A DNA stretch of 64,000 nucleotides. Source: an uncultured archaeon. GTDB lineage: Archaea > Asgardarchaeota > Thorarchaeia > Thorarchaeales > Thorarchaeaceae. Where the stretch lies: the NCBI GenBank assembly GCA_964458565.1, contig CAYWJO010000009.1, forward strand, positions 1-64,000. Reading direction: 5' to 3'. A program made the translations under genes and the position numbers. Below are positions 19,342 through 30,312 of the stretch, one piece after another (position 1 is the first letter of the stretch; each line of letters starts with the position of its first letter). Below the pieces are notes generated by a model. The model ran no database searches, had not been told where the DNA came from, and worked only from the letters and a program-made list of their open reading frames with translations.

Positions 19342-19803
19342 TTACACCTCTGAATCAACTTCGAAACAACCATTTGAACCGATGCTCTCCGAAACACAGA
19401 TCTTTACTCTAACTCCTTCAGGAAAGCTTAGATTTCTAGCAACGTACTCTGCAAGCAATTCAGCAGTTGTTGCGATAAATGGGAGAACTACACAGTCTTC
19501 AATTGGAAAGCAATACCTTTTTCCTTGTACAAACACCTCAATGGATTCACCCTTTTCACTTACTTCAATGATATCTGATTCACCGGGTAAAAGAACACGG
19601 TGATCCAGGGTTTTACATAACGACCTCACTTTTTTCTTAACATCTCTGAAATCAACGAGCATTCCTAAATCATTAAGTTCACCAAATATTTCAACAGTCA
19701 CAAAATAATTATGCCCATGAAGGCTCTCACAGTATTCGGAACCCATAACAAAATGAGCTGCACTGAACGACATCTTCTCATCTTTTACCTGAATACTATG
19801 CAA
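19342..19803 (-). CDS. queD: 6-carboxy-tetrahydropterin synthase / PTPS
   Basis: FSAAHF, CESLHGHNY, LDHR, TAELLA. Confidence 0.9.
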   Translation of the reverse strand: MHSIQVKDEKMSFSAAHFVMGSEYCESLHGHNYFVTVEIFGELNDLGMLVDFRDVKKKVRSLCKTLDHRVLLPGESDIIEVSEKGESIEVFVQGKRYCFPIEDCVVLPFIATTAELLAEYVARNLSFPEGVRVKICVSESIGSNGCFEVDSEV

Positions 19804-19870
19804 TATTTCTCAACACCTACATTCGCAGCGCTCTGTCCCTCTTGTTAAAGTATCGGATATAGTCCCTCAT

Positions 19871-21628
19871 TCAACTTGCACGAGATGCTTGCAAATCAAA
19901 CATCTCAATTAAGTCTGAAACACTTGTTGCTTGGGTTGCGTCTTTGTCTTCTCTCCACCGACCTGTGAATCTGGGAAATCTAATAGCAAGTCCTCCCTCT
20001 TTCAATCTGTCTCTACCTGCAGGGTGAATTGGACTAAGTGTGATTTCATCCCCTAATACCTCAATCACCTCAACTGGATTGAACCAAACATCTGCCTCAA
20101 TATCTGAAATTACCCTCGGATCTCTAGTACTTAGAAGATGCTCATCAAGTCGTTCCTTAAACTCCACTAACATTTCATCTGTGAATCCTGTGCCTATTTT
20201 ACAGACTGTTGGGAACATATCGGTTCGTTCATCGTATGCTGCTGTCAGTATTGCCCCATACAATCCGGTTCTCTTTCCCCGGCCATGAATTGCACCTACG
20301 ATGACGAGGTCCACTGAATCTGACATGCCCTCTTTATACGATGCTTTCAATTTTATCCAAAGCCAGCTTCTTGCACCTGCCTGGTATGTTGATTTATCAT
20401 GAACAGCTTTTGCAATCACCCCTTCATGACCTGTGCTAAGTGCTTCATCAAAGATTGCATCCAACCTCTCTGGGTCTGAGGTCTCTTCACCAACCGTGAT
20501 ATGGACTCTATCATTAGTTTTAACAATCTTCTCAAGCATTTTTCTTCTTTCTAACATAGGATGGTCAGTAACATCTTTTCCCTCAAGGAAGAGTACATCA
20601 AAGAAGTATAATGCAGTAGGAACGTCTTTCATCATCTCTTCAATGTCGGTTTTTCTTTTACGTTTCATAAGTTCCTGAAAGGGTTTTGCGTTGCCTGTTT
20701 CTTTATCGATGGCAACAATCTCTCCCTCTATGATACATGTGTCAGCTTCTATATTGGATTTGATATAATCGACCACGTCCGGATACTGTTCCGAGATCTC
20801 TTCCTGTCTCCTTGAGTATAGTGTAACCTGTTGTTTATTCTTATGGACTTGAACACGCTCACCATCATACTTGAACTCCACAAGGACTCGATTACCCGCC
20901 TTCTCTAGGATTTCTATGGCACTAGTTAATTTCTTTGCAGCCATCATCCGAATAGGAATCCCAACTTGCGCATGAACTCTTTTTACTCCGCTCAACCCCT
21001 CATCAGCGAGTAACTGTGCTATACTCGCAAGGTCACTATTAACATTGAACGCATTTTCGATTAAGATACGATTGTTCTTGTCATCTGTGAACGCTATAGC
21101 GAGAGCGTCAATTATTGACATTTCTGCAAGACCTAATCTAAGGTCCCCTGTTACTGTTCGCATAATGTACTTCGATTCTCTCGGATTTGTATCAGAAAGT
21201 AGTCCAAGAAGCTTTGATATTTTTTCTTTATTACTTCCTTTACCTGATGTTTGAGAAACACTATCAAGAGTTTGATAAACTCTTGAAATTGTCGGGTCTT
21301 CAGCGAATAATGAGGCTTGAACACTACCAGCGAGTAGAGACTCTGCTGTGAGTCCAATATCTCCAGTTTTCCGGAGTTCTTCAGTTACTCTTTGTTCAGG
21401 AATCCCTGCGGCAAAGGCAATTACCTGCACTGCCATCTTCTCTGCTATACCTATCTCTGGTAATCCTTGCCAATCCGGGTGAAGCTTACCTATCGTCAAT
21501 GAAATTATCTTTTCAATTTCTGATGGTTCAATTTTTTTCAGAAGGTTGGCAAAGATGTCCACTTTCTCAAGAGTTCCCGATGTTTGCTCAATCTGCTCAT
21601 ATACTTCAGCAAGTTCATCGTATAACAT
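19871..21628 (-). CDS. lig: ATP-dependent DNA ligase
   Basis: EFKYDGERVQ, EGVIAK, WIKLK, GTGFTD, IRFPRF. Confidence 0.97.
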   Translation of the reverse strand: MLYDELAEVYEQIEQTSGTLEKVDIFANLLKKIEPSEIEKIISLTIGKLHPDWQGLPEIGIAEKMAVQVIAFAAGIPEQRVTEELRKTGDIGLTAESLLAGSVQASLFAEDPTISRVYQTLDSVSQTSGKGSNKEKISKLLGLLSDTNPRESKYIMRTVTGDLRLGLAEMSIIDALAIAFTDDKNNRILIENAFNVNSDLASIAQLLADEGLSGVKRVHAQVGIPIRMMAAKKLTSAIEILEKAGNRVLVEFKYDGERVQVHKNKQQVTLYSRRQEEISEQYPDVVDYIKSNIEADTCIIEGEIVAIDKETGNAKPFQELMKRKRKTDIEEMMKDVPTALYFFDVLFLEGKDVTDHPMLERRKMLEKIVKTNDRVHITVGEETSDPERLDAIFDEALSTGHEGVIAKAVHDKSTYQAGARSWLWIKLKASYKEGMSDSVDLVIVGAIHGRGKRTGLYGAILTAAYDERTDMFPTVCKIGTGFTDEMLVEFKERLDEHLLSTRDPRVISDIEADVWFNPVEVIEVLGDEITLSPIHPAGRDRLKEGGLAIRFPRFTGRWREDKDATQATSVSDLIEMFDLQASRAS

Positions 21629-21760
21629 TTTTTTCTCTCCGACATGTCAAAATGCATCAGAATATCCTATTTAACCCAACGAATGCTTCTCCATTGAACA
21701 AGCTTTATAAACTCAGCACGAGGGCTTGCTCTAACTACAGATTTACACGGTGAGTAGATA

Positions 21761-22003
21761 TTGGGTAGCATTCGACCAAGATACATCAAAAATGCAGCGA
21801 GAGCTCTTCTACAGTATTATCCGGAGGAGTTCACAACTGACTTCGAGACAAATAAGAGACTCGTTGAGCAGCACACAGATGTGAAAAGTAAGACTGTACG
21901 AAATAGAATCGCTGGCTATGTAGTTACCCTTGTCAAGATTGGTATTGCACGTGAAGTGGCTGAAGCTGCTGAACCAGATGAACCAATCGATATGGAGATG
22001 TAG
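21761..22003 (+). CDS. rps17e: 30S ribosomal protein S17e
   Basis: MGSIRPRYIK...FTTDFETNK...SKTVRNRIAGY. Confidence 0.96.
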   Translation: MGSIRPRYIKNAARALLQYYPEEFTTDFETNKRLVEQHTDVKSKTVRNRIAGYVVTLVKIGIAREVAEAAEPDEPIDMEM

Positions 22004-22038
22004 TTTTTTTCTTAATCTCACTTGTTTGTAAATAAGAG

Positions 22039-22064
22039 GAATTCAGGTTATATTACCTGAATTC
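22039..22064. terminator. Hairpin between convergent genes
   Basis: GAATTCAGGT/ACCTGAATTC 10-bp stem. Confidence 0.6.
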
Positions 22065-22069
22065 GTTGA

Positions 22070-24793
22070 TTAGATTACAAGTTGTTTCTTCTCTCTCGTC
22101 AGTTCTTGAGCTTCAACCATTGCTTCCTCATAGATGTCTATTGGGAACCTGTCATGTAGGGGCGATATTCGCGCTCCTAGTGCAACTGCCCCGTAGAATC
22201 TTCTAGCCATCCAGCCTACTCCTCTCATTTTCACCATTTTTGAGGCTCGATCAAACTCACCTAGTGTATTCTTATCCCACGAACCTGTTAGACCACTCAC
22301 AAATGAGAATACGTATAGTGATGGAACCACTGCAATGAAGAAGATTAGAGCTGATGATACAAGATCTCCGTCAACCCAAATCTGTTGAGCTAAAATTTCT
22401 AGAATAAGATAATTCACTATCGCTGCAAGTGCGGGTCCAATATAACTCTGCCACACGTAGAATTTTGGAGCTACGATGTATCGTCTAACCAAAACCCAAA
22501 CTGCAATATCTTTTACGAGTAATGCTAATGAATAGCCCATTATTATACCCGGCATTCCGCCAAGATATATTCCTAAAATCACAGGTTCAGTTATGACGAA
22601 ATAAGTCATGAATATCAATCTGAGGCCTTGTTCAAGAATCCAAACTGACGCAGCTAGTCCTGTCCGTTCTGCTCCTGCGAAAACCCAATCACCCAGCCAC
22701 GACCAAAATCCGATAACTTGGAAGACAAGGAAGAAACCTAAAAGCTCTGCCGCATAAGCCCATTCAGGTCCCGCAGCACCTAATATCGCACGTGCACCCA
22801 CAGCAGCAAGTCCTGATACGAACCAGAATGTGAAGAAGGCACCCCACTTTAGCCCAAGCGAATTGTATAATGCTGTAAGTTTTTTCTTCAGGTGTGAATG
22901 TGCCTCAGATATACCGCCTAGCATACCTTCCATGAAGAGTCCTACTACCGAAACCATGATAGCAAGATCCCAAGCTAGTTGGTATTGACCCTGTAGTGCA
23001 GACCAATTCAGTAAATTCGTACTTATCAGAATCATCTGATAAAACCAGACTAATGGTACCGCAGCGGCTCCAATAGTCCATTTTGTACCAAATTTCAGAG
23101 CTCTCTTCACTTGTTCAGACTTGAAATCTATTCTAAACAAGGTGTTCACACTGAATCCAAGTTTCTTGAACAAATATATTGAGATCACAAAAGTTAGCCA
23201 TTCACCCATATAGTAGCCAACAGCTTGACCTATGGCACCTCCTAATGCCTCACCAAAAACCGGATTCGATGCACCCCAGCCTCTGAAGATGAGAATTGGA
23301 ATGTAAGGTATAACGACCGTAAAGATTGCATAGTAGAGAATCTGCGTTATTTGCTGATAGTCAATCCTATTCATACCTCTAAACACGTGAACGAAAAGGA
23401 GTGTGAATCCAGGGAACTGGAATAAGGAATGACCAATGAAAACATATGATAGATGCGCTAGATATGTATGTGGAAACAGAATCGAACCTGCAAAGGCAAC
23501 GATTGAGATTTGGACTACTCCTGTAATGCATTGAAACCACACGAAAATCTGTGCGTATTTGATAGCTTCTTCTGGTTGACTTATGCGATACTCTGCGAAG
23601 TATTTTGCTAATGCAACACTCGTGCCTAGGTCAAAGACAGTCCATAGCCCAAGAAAGAGATTCACACTAAATGAGTACCATCCTACAGCCTGAGGAAATG
23701 GTAGAATGTATACTGGGTATACCATAATTGTAAGTACAACTCTAGGAATCACAATAAGAAGAGTGATGAAGAATTGAATGAGAAATCCACCAATCTGGCG
23801 ATGCATCCCAACTTCTTCCCAATCACTAATTTCCTCCTCGGTATCTACAAGCAGTTCTGCACGTTCTATCTCTGTGAGTACTTCCGTGTCTTCACGAGAC
23901 CTTCTTCGCATCCGTATGAATGAAACTCCAGTAGTTATTCCCACGAAGACAACGATAAGACCAATGATTACCTGCTCGTTGAAGTGAGGAACTGGTGAAT
24001 ATGCCCATTCTGCATAGGTATACATCTCCTCTCCGGCAAGGTACGTACTTGATGAATATAGGAAGTAGTTATAGTAAGGCCAGAGCACTAATTGTTGATT
24101 TGTTTGTAGTTCAGTATCTGTCATCAACCATGCTGTGTATGTGAAGATTTTTCCTGAATTTACAGTTGTTTCTACAAGTAATGGAGTTCCGTAAGTACCA
24201 AAGCCTGTATCGTTTGCCAAGAGAATAGTGGATTCAGATGCTAGCTCTGGTAATACGGACATATTCTTAGTCGGAGGTGCTGAAGACCAGTCTATGTTCA
24301 TTGCGGGATGACTTGTATCAACCATTCGTGTTACTGCATTCCCATCTGGTGATCCAATAAGATTATTCGATACTGTGACTCCCAATTCTTGGAATCCGGT
24401 AGCATTTGCTGTCATCTGCGGACCAAGCAGTATAAACAACCCTCCACCGCTATTGAGGAATGAATTCAAATCAGTAATATCCGCTGGACCCAGTGGCGTA
24501 TCGACAATCACCAGTGTATCTAAAGAGTCCAGCAATGCATCATGAACTGAGTCATAGCTAGCCAAATTAATTGAATTAGTGTCCAATTCCAAAGCAGTCA
24601 CAACCGTTGGTGTTGCATCTCCTCCGACAAGCCCAACAGTGATTTGGTCACCAATCTGCGAATCAGTAAAAGGTCCCCCGATGACAATCCCTGTAAGGGC
24701 AGCTGGAATTAGAAGTAATCCTACTATGAGCGCTACAATAGGAGTTTGTACTCTTCCCATAGATCTCATCCATCCTTGTAGAGGTATATGCAT
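22070..24793 (-). CDS. Extracellular class-I glutamine amidotransferase-like domain fused to MOP/flippase-like transporter
   Basis: Signal helix, LNSFLNSGGGLFILLG alpha/beta domain, then about 13 TM with DLGTSVALAKYFAE. Confidence 0.7.
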   Translation of the reverse strand: MHIPLQGWMRSMGRVQTPIVALIVGLLLIPAALTGIVIGGPFTDSQIGDQITVGLVGGDATPTVVTALELDTNSINLASYDSVHDALLDSLDTLVIVDTPLGPADITDLNSFLNSGGGLFILLGPQMTANATGFQELGVTVSNNLIGSPDGNAVTRMVDTSHPAMNIDWSSAPPTKNMSVLPELASESTILLANDTGFGTYGTPLLVETTVNSGKIFTYTAWLMTDTELQTNQQLVLWPYYNYFLYSSSTYLAGEEMYTYAEWAYSPVPHFNEQVIIGLIVVFVGITTGVSFIRMRRRSREDTEVLTEIERAELLVDTEEEISDWEEVGMHRQIGGFLIQFFITLLIVIPRVVLTIMVYPVYILPFPQAVGWYSFSVNLFLGLWTVFDLGTSVALAKYFAEYRISQPEEAIKYAQIFVWFQCITGVVQISIVAFAGSILFPHTYLAHLSYVFIGHSLFQFPGFTLLFVHVFRGMNRIDYQQITQILYYAIFTVVIPYIPILIFRGWGASNPVFGEALGGAIGQAVGYYMGEWLTFVISIYLFKKLGFSVNTLFRIDFKSEQVKRALKFGTKWTIGAAAVPLVWFYQMILISTNLLNWSALQGQYQLAWDLAIMVSVVGLFMEGMLGGISEAHSHLKKKLTALYNSLGLKWGAFFTFWFVSGLAAVGARAILGAAGPEWAYAAELLGFFLVFQVIGFWSWLGDWVFAGAERTGLAASVWILEQGLRLIFMTYFVITEPVILGIYLGGMPGIIMGYSLALLVKDIAVWVLVRRYIVAPKFYVWQSYIGPALAAIVNYLILEILAQQIWVDGDLVSSALIFFIAVVPSLYVFSFVSGLTGSWDKNTLGEFDRASKMVKMRGVGWMARRFYGAVALGARISPLHDRFPIDIYEEAMVEAQELTREKKQLVI

Positions 24794-24860
24794 GAAAACA
24801 ACCCTCTAATATTCGTGCCTGTTTTTAAAAACAAGAATCGAAAGGTATGATAACCCCCGT

Positions 24861-25919
24861 GTGCTTACTATTATCATGCCTGATTGGCGAAATATCCTCT
24901 ATCATAGTGATTGTCTAGATGTATTGAATGAACTAAAGCAATCATTAGAGGAGATGATACAGCTAATCTATATCGACCCTCCCTTCTTCTCTGGTTCAAA
25001 TTATAGTCTAAAGAAGAAGCATGTTAATGGGAACGATTCGGCTCCTACTCTATCTGAAAAACACACTTACACAGACTATTGGAAGGGTGGTCTTAATGAG
25101 TACTTAGATTTTATGAGACCACGTCTTAAATCTATGAGAGATGTTCTTGCGGACGATGGTACATTGTGGGTGCATCTTGACTGGCATGTTTCTCACTACT
25201 TAAAAGTCATGCTTGATGAGATATTTGGCTATTCAAATTTTATCAATGAAATTGTCTGGCGCCGCACAAACAGCCCAAAAAGCCAAACTAGTGGTTTCGG
25301 AAACCAGCACGATGTCATTCTACTATATGCTAAGGATGAATCTCAAGCAACATTCAACCCTATCTATAGACCACATGATAAACACTCTCTAAGACCTTAT
25401 AGCTATGAAGACGAGAGAGGTAGATTTCGCCTTATAGAGATTGAAGCTCAAGGTATTCAACGGACTGAGAATAGAAGGCAGTTTGAATGGCGTGGACGTA
25501 CAGCACCTTACCTCTATCGTCAGGAGCTTTTAGATCAGTGGCAAGGCCAAGGTCTGATCTATAAAAGCAAGAATGACCGTTATTCAAAGAAACAATATCT
25601 TACAGATGTTCCCGGTTTACCTGTATCTGATTTGTGGTTTGATATCGCTCCTATACAAGGTTCATCTAAGGAATATACAGGGTTTCTCACACAAAAACCT
25701 GTATCTCTCCTCTCTCGGATAATCGAGAGCGCCTCTGATGAAGGTGACCTCATAGCCGACTTCTTTGCAGGTTCAGGATCGACTGCTATTGCAGCTAATC
25801 AGCTAAATAGGCGGTGGATCCTTTCTGATATTTCAGATACTGCGATACAAGTAATTCAAAAACGAGTAACTTCCGAAAACGCTTTCACTTTGAAATGCAT
25901 TGCAGAGAGCGGTGCATAA
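24861..25919 (+). CDS. Site-specific DNA adenine methyltransferase (beta class, Mod-like)
   Basis: IYIDPPF, TQKP, DFFAGSGST. Confidence 0.92.
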   Translation: MLTIIMPDWRNILYHSDCLDVLNELKQSLEEMIQLIYIDPPFFSGSNYSLKKKHVNGNDSAPTLSEKHTYTDYWKGGLNEYLDFMRPRLKSMRDVLADDGTLWVHLDWHVSHYLKVMLDEIFGYSNFINEIVWRRTNSPKSQTSGFGNQHDVILLYAKDESQATFNPIYRPHDKHSLRPYSYEDERGRFRLIEIEAQGIQRTENRRQFEWRGRTAPYLYRQELLDQWQGQGLIYKSKNDRYSKKQYLTDVPGLPVSDLWFDIAPIQGSSKEYTGFLTQKPVSLLSRIIESASDEGDLIADFFAGSGSTAIAANQLNRRWILSDISDTAIQVIQKRVTSENAFTLKCIAESGA

Positions 25920-25922
25920 CAG

Positions 25923-26393
25923 ATGAGCGAAGAGATACATGGCGCTTGTGGTGAGCTATATCGTTTCGCAAGAGGGGCAAGAAGTTGGTTTCTAGCACAT
26001 CTTGAAGATGATAAGGACATTATGACCTGAATGCCTCCTGAAGGTGAACGATCAGCAGCAGATATTGTCAGTCACGTCTGCTGGACATTATCAGCTGTTT
26101 CTATGAAGATTGCAGATGATCTGGGTATCAAGATAAATTCCGAACAAGAGCCAACAAATGATTTTATTGAGGGATTGAATCTAGAAATTGATTCAGCCTA
26201 CAACATCTTTGGGAATCTGGTTCGTGGAATGTCTGATGACGATCTAGAACGTACAACAACCCTTCCACCCCCTGCTAGAATTAGGGAGGGCTCAATTGAA
26301 CGAGTGCTCAGAATCATGGCTGGGTATCATGTAGTACATCACGCCGGACAGATAGCACATATCATTAAACGCGCAAAACGAGACATTGACTAG
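25923..26393 (+). pseudogene. DinB-family protein interrupted by in-frame TGA at 26028-26030 (pseudogene, sequence error or readthrough)
   Basis: ATG 25923 is in frame with 26031; MT*MPPEGERSAADIVSH...YHVVHHAGQI DinB motifs. Confidence 0.7.
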
Positions 26394-27136
26394 TGTGATT
26401 GGTCGACTGCCTGTTTGATTTTCCTTATTGCTGCCCCCGGTGCTACTCCTTTAGGACAGACTTTGACACAATTCATTATCAGGTCACATAAAGCTGCACC
26501 TTCTGGAACACTCGCTGCATCGATATATCGTGATGGATTTGTGCTTCGTGAATCTTTAAAGAATCTGTAACTCTTTGCCAAAGCTGCAGGTCCAAGATAT
26601 TCTTCTTTCTCAGCATTTATTGGACAAGATCCAAAACACAGTGCGCACATTATACAATTTACGTACCTATCAATTAGTTTTCTCTCAACTGGACTTTGTA
26701 GCCGTGGTTTTTCTCCTTCAACGGGGTCTGCCCATAGTTTCATGATTTCCAAAGTTTTGTAGAATTTATCCATATCTACAACTAAATCTTTCAGGAGTGC
26801 AAAGTTCGGTAATGGTTCAATGAGAATCTCATTTTCCCTATCCCATTCGATTTCAGAATTATCTGCTAGGGCTTCGAAAAGTTTCAGATTTGATTCACTC
26901 ATCTTTATTGATTGAAGTTGGGTCCGACAAGCGAGCATCGGTACTTTGTCTATTAGCATTCCACAACTCCCACATACAGCTCCTCTACATGAATATCTGA
27001 AAGATATCGATGGATCAAGGTGGTCCTGAATGTAGAATAAGGCATCTAGAACTGTCATTCCCGGAGTCTGTTTGATTTCAAATACATCATAGTGCGTGAT
27101 TCCCGCGTGGGACCCTCTGGCTACTCTCAGTTTCAT
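26390..27136 (-). CDS. sdhB: Succinate dehydrogenase/fumarate reductase iron-sulfur subunit
   Basis: SCRGAVCGSC, CIMCALCFGSCP, CVKVCPK. Confidence 0.93.
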   Translation of the reverse strand: MKLRVARGSHAGITHYDVFEIKQTPGMTVLDALFYIQDHLDPSISFRYSCRGAVCGSCGMLIDKVPMLACRTQLQSIKMSESNLKLFEALADNSEIEWDRENEILIEPLPNFALLKDLVVDMDKFYKTLEIMKLWADPVEGEKPRLQSPVERKLIDRYVNCIMCALCFGSCPINAEKEEYLGPAALAKSYRFFKDSRSTNPSRYIDAASVPEGAALCDLIMNCVKVCPKGVAPGAAIRKIKQAVDQSH

Positions 27137-28815
27137 TAGTAACTCCTCTCCTTTACTTCAAATTGTCCAAGGTTGACATTCAGATATTCAATGCTTATCT
27201 CATCATCAATAAGAAATGCTAAAGTATGTTTTAGGAATTTAGCATCATCTCTCAATGGATAGTCTATCCGCGTATGTGCGCCTCGACTCTCTTCTCGCAT
27301 TAAGGCTCCAAGTGCAACAGCTTCTGCAATATCTAAAAGATATCCTAGCTCCACAGCTCTGATAAGCGCATAGTTGAATGGTTCATCCATCTGTCCTACT
27401 GCAACATTTCTGTATCGCTTACGTAGTGCTCTGATTTCCTCCACAGCTTCCTCGAGTTCCTTCGCCGTACGAAAAACACCAACTTTCTTATCCATAATAC
27501 TGTGCATTGCCTTTCGAATTTCAAACGGCGACTCGCCTTCCTTCTTTACACAAATCTCGTGAAGCTGTTCTCTCATTTGAAAAGCTGCTCTATCAACAGA
27601 TTCCAAATTTGGATTATTTGCAGTCTTTGTAAACTGTCCAGCGCGTTCTCCTACAATTCTTCCAAATACCAATGTTTCAAGAAGGGAATTACCACCGAGT
27701 CGATTTGCACCATGCACACTCATACAAGATGCTTCACCAACTGCATATAGTCCTTCTAAGGATGTTTCTCCGTATTTGCTGCAATGAGTTCCTCCCATCG
27801 AGTAGTGATGTCCCGGTCTGACTGGAATTGGCTCATCAATTGGGTCTACTCCTGCAAAATACATTGATATCTCTCTGATTCCTGGAAGTCGCTCCATTAT
27901 CTTCTCTCCACCAAGATGACGTAAATCCAAGTGGACATACTGTCCGTTAATACCCCGTCCCTCATTAATCTCAGTCTGAATCGATCTCGCCACAATATCT
28001 CTAGGAGCTAACTCCATTTTATCTGGAGCATATTTCTCCATGAATCGTTTTTCTTCTGAGTTTACGAGATATCCTCCTTCTCCACGTGCACCTTCAGTAA
28101 TCAAAATACCGGAACCATGTAAACAAGTTGGATGAAATTGAACAAACTCAGCATCTTTCATTGGTGCTCCAATGCGTAATGCCATTGCACAGCCATCACC
28201 AGTGTTTATGAGAGCATTTGTTGATTTTCCATAAACCCAACCAAATCCCCCAGTGGCGATGATAACTGCTTTTGCAGCAATGCCTTTTACTTCACCAGAT
28301 GCAATCTCAAGTGCCGTTATACCCGCAATTTTGTCATGGTGTTTCACCAAGGATGTAGCAAACCATTCAAGGTAAAACTTCACCCCTTTCCTCACTGCTT
28401 GTTCGAATGTTGTGTGGAGTAAATTATGCCCAGTTTTATCCGCTGCATAGCAAGTCCGTGGAAATCCAGCTCCTCCAAAGGGTCTCTGAGCAATCCTTCC
28501 ATCATCTGTACGGGAAAAGACTGTACCCCATTGTTCATTCTCTATAACTGCTCTCGGTGCCTCTTTAGTCATGAGCTCTACAACATCTTGGTCCGCTAGA
28601 TAATCTGAACCTTTAACGGTATCAAAAGCATGAGCTTCCCAAGAGTCACCCTCTCCTAGTGATGCATTTATACCGCCTTGTGCAGCAACAGAATGTGATC
28701 GTAGCGGGTGAACCTTTGTGACAACAGCTATATCTAGATAGTCTGCAACTTCGATAGCAGCTCTCAATCCAGATAAACCTGCACCAATTACAAGGATATC
28801 GTGTTCTAATGGCAT
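27136..28815 (-). CDS. sdhA: Succinate dehydrogenase/fumarate reductase flavoprotein
   Basis: [34 protein letters not shown]. Confidence 0.95.
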   Translation of the reverse strand: MPLEHDILVIGAGLSGLRAAIEVADYLDIAVVTKVHPLRSHSVAAQGGINASLGEGDSWEAHAFDTVKGSDYLADQDVVELMTKEAPRAVIENEQWGTVFSRTDDGRIAQRPFGGAGFPRTCYAADKTGHNLLHTTFEQAVRKGVKFYLEWFATSLVKHHDKIAGITALEIASGEVKGIAAKAVIIATGGFGWVYGKSTNALINTGDGCAMALRIGAPMKDAEFVQFHPTCLHGSGILITEGARGEGGYLVNSEEKRFMEKYAPDKMELAPRDIVARSIQTEINEGRGINGQYVHLDLRHLGGEKIMERLPGIREISMYFAGVDPIDEPIPVRPGHHYSMGGTHCSKYGETSLEGLYAVGEASCMSVHGANRLGGNSLLETLVFGRIVGERAGQFTKTANNPNLESVDRAAFQMREQLHEICVKKEGESPFEIRKAMHSIMDKKVGVFRTAKELEEAVEEIRALRKRYRNVAVGQMDEPFNYALIRAVELGYLLDIAEAVALGALMREESRGAHTRIDYPLRDDAKFLKHTLAFLIDDEISIEYLNVNLGQFEVKERSY

Positions 28816-28895
28816 GATTCTTCTCTTCCAGCTCCAGCCAGTTCAGATGTGTAATAAGTTCCTTAAAGGAGCTTTGCCACCCTCTAAAACGAATG

Positions 28896-30281
28896 TCAGA
28901 TCATCGAATTTGGGTCTAGGATTTCATCAAGATTTCCATCAATTTCAATTCCAAGGTACTGTATGGTCTCTCTGATCGTTCGTCCTGTTTCTTGAGCAAC
29001 TTTAGCTATCTTTGATGCTTCATCATAACCAATTAGTGGGGTCAACTTTGTCACAATCATCAGACTCCTCTCCAATTGACGTGTGATGTTTTGTGTATTT
29101 GGTGCCATTCCCTTCATACAGTTCTCTGTGAAGGAAACCAATCCATTTGATAGTATATTTATTGCATCTAACAGATTGACAATAATTAGTGGTTTAGTAA
29201 CATTGAGATCCAGCGTACTTCCAAAGCCTTCAGCAAATGCAATTGTATTATCATAACCTAATACCTGAATGCACACTTGAATCAGAGCTTCAGCTTGAGT
29301 CGGATTGACTTTTCCCGGCATTATAGATGAACCTGGTTCATTCTCAGGTAAAATGAGTTCACCTAGCCCAGCTCTTGGTCCCGAACCCATCCATCGGATG
29401 TCATTTGCCATTTTGAGTGCTGCCAATGCAATAGCCCGTATTGAACCACTCATTTTTACGAAAGATAGATGCGATGCAATTCCTTCTGCTTGTATCGCTC
29501 GTGCTCTATATGGGTATCCTGTGATTCTTGAAATCTCCAATGACACCTTTTCTGAAAACCCTGCTGGGGCATTTAATCCTGTACCAAGTGCTGTGCCACC
29601 TATGGGAAGTTCGTATAATTCGTCCAAGTCTTTCTTTATAGAGTGAAGTGCATTTTCGATTCCTTTGAAGTAAACCTGAAATTCAAGAGACAATGGTATA
29701 GGAACTGCGTCCTGTAGATGAGTACGTCCTACTTTCACAATACCTTGGAATTCTTCGATTTTCTTCCTGAGGGTATCAAGAACATTTTCAATTGCAGGAA
29801 TTAGTTTTTCAGTGATTGAGTGAACCGTCGCTAGATGCATTGCAGTTGGGATAACATCGTTTGATGATTGAGACCTATTCACATGGTCGTTCGGATGAAC
29901 TGGAAATCTCTTGCCTTTCGGATGATTGAGAATTTCAGCTGCTCGATTTGCCAGGACTTCATTCATGTTCATGTTCGTTTGTGTACCTGAACCGGTTTGA
30001 TAAATATCAACAGGAAATTGATCGAGCAACTTGCCCTCCAGAATTTCTTCAATACTCCTATCAATTGCATCTGCAATTTCCTTTGAGAAGAAACCCTGTG
30101 TGGTATTTACGATGAGACATGCTTTCTTTACTTTTGCTAGAGCTACAAGAAACTCACGTGGCATCTGCCTTCCACTGATTTGGAAATTTTGAATAGCTCT
30201 TTGCGTGTTTATCCCCCAATAAACATCCACAGGTACTTCAAGCTCACCAATTGCATCTTTCTCTAATCTCATTTCTGTCAT
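28896..30281 (-). CDS. fumC: Class II fumarate hydratase
   Basis: QTGSGTQTNMN, GRTHLQDA, GSSIMPGKVNP. Confidence 0.95.
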   Translation of the reverse strand: MTEMRLEKDAIGELEVPVDVYWGINTQRAIQNFQISGRQMPREFLVALAKVKKACLIVNTTQGFFSKEIADAIDRSIEEILEGKLLDQFPVDIYQTGSGTQTNMNMNEVLANRAAEILNHPKGKRFPVHPNDHVNRSQSSNDVIPTAMHLATVHSITEKLIPAIENVLDTLRKKIEEFQGIVKVGRTHLQDAVPIPLSLEFQVYFKGIENALHSIKKDLDELYELPIGGTALGTGLNAPAGFSEKVSLEISRITGYPYRARAIQAEGIASHLSFVKMSGSIRAIALAALKMANDIRWMGSGPRAGLGELILPENEPGSSIMPGKVNPTQAEALIQVCIQVLGYDNTIAFAEGFGSTLDLNVTKPLIIVNLLDAINILSNGLVSFTENCMKGMAPNTQNITRQLERSLMIVTKLTPLIGYDEASKIAKVAQETGRTIRETIQYLGIEIDGNLDEILDPNSMI

Positions 30282-30312
30282 TAACAGTTCCCCTGATATG
30301 CCAATGTGTATA

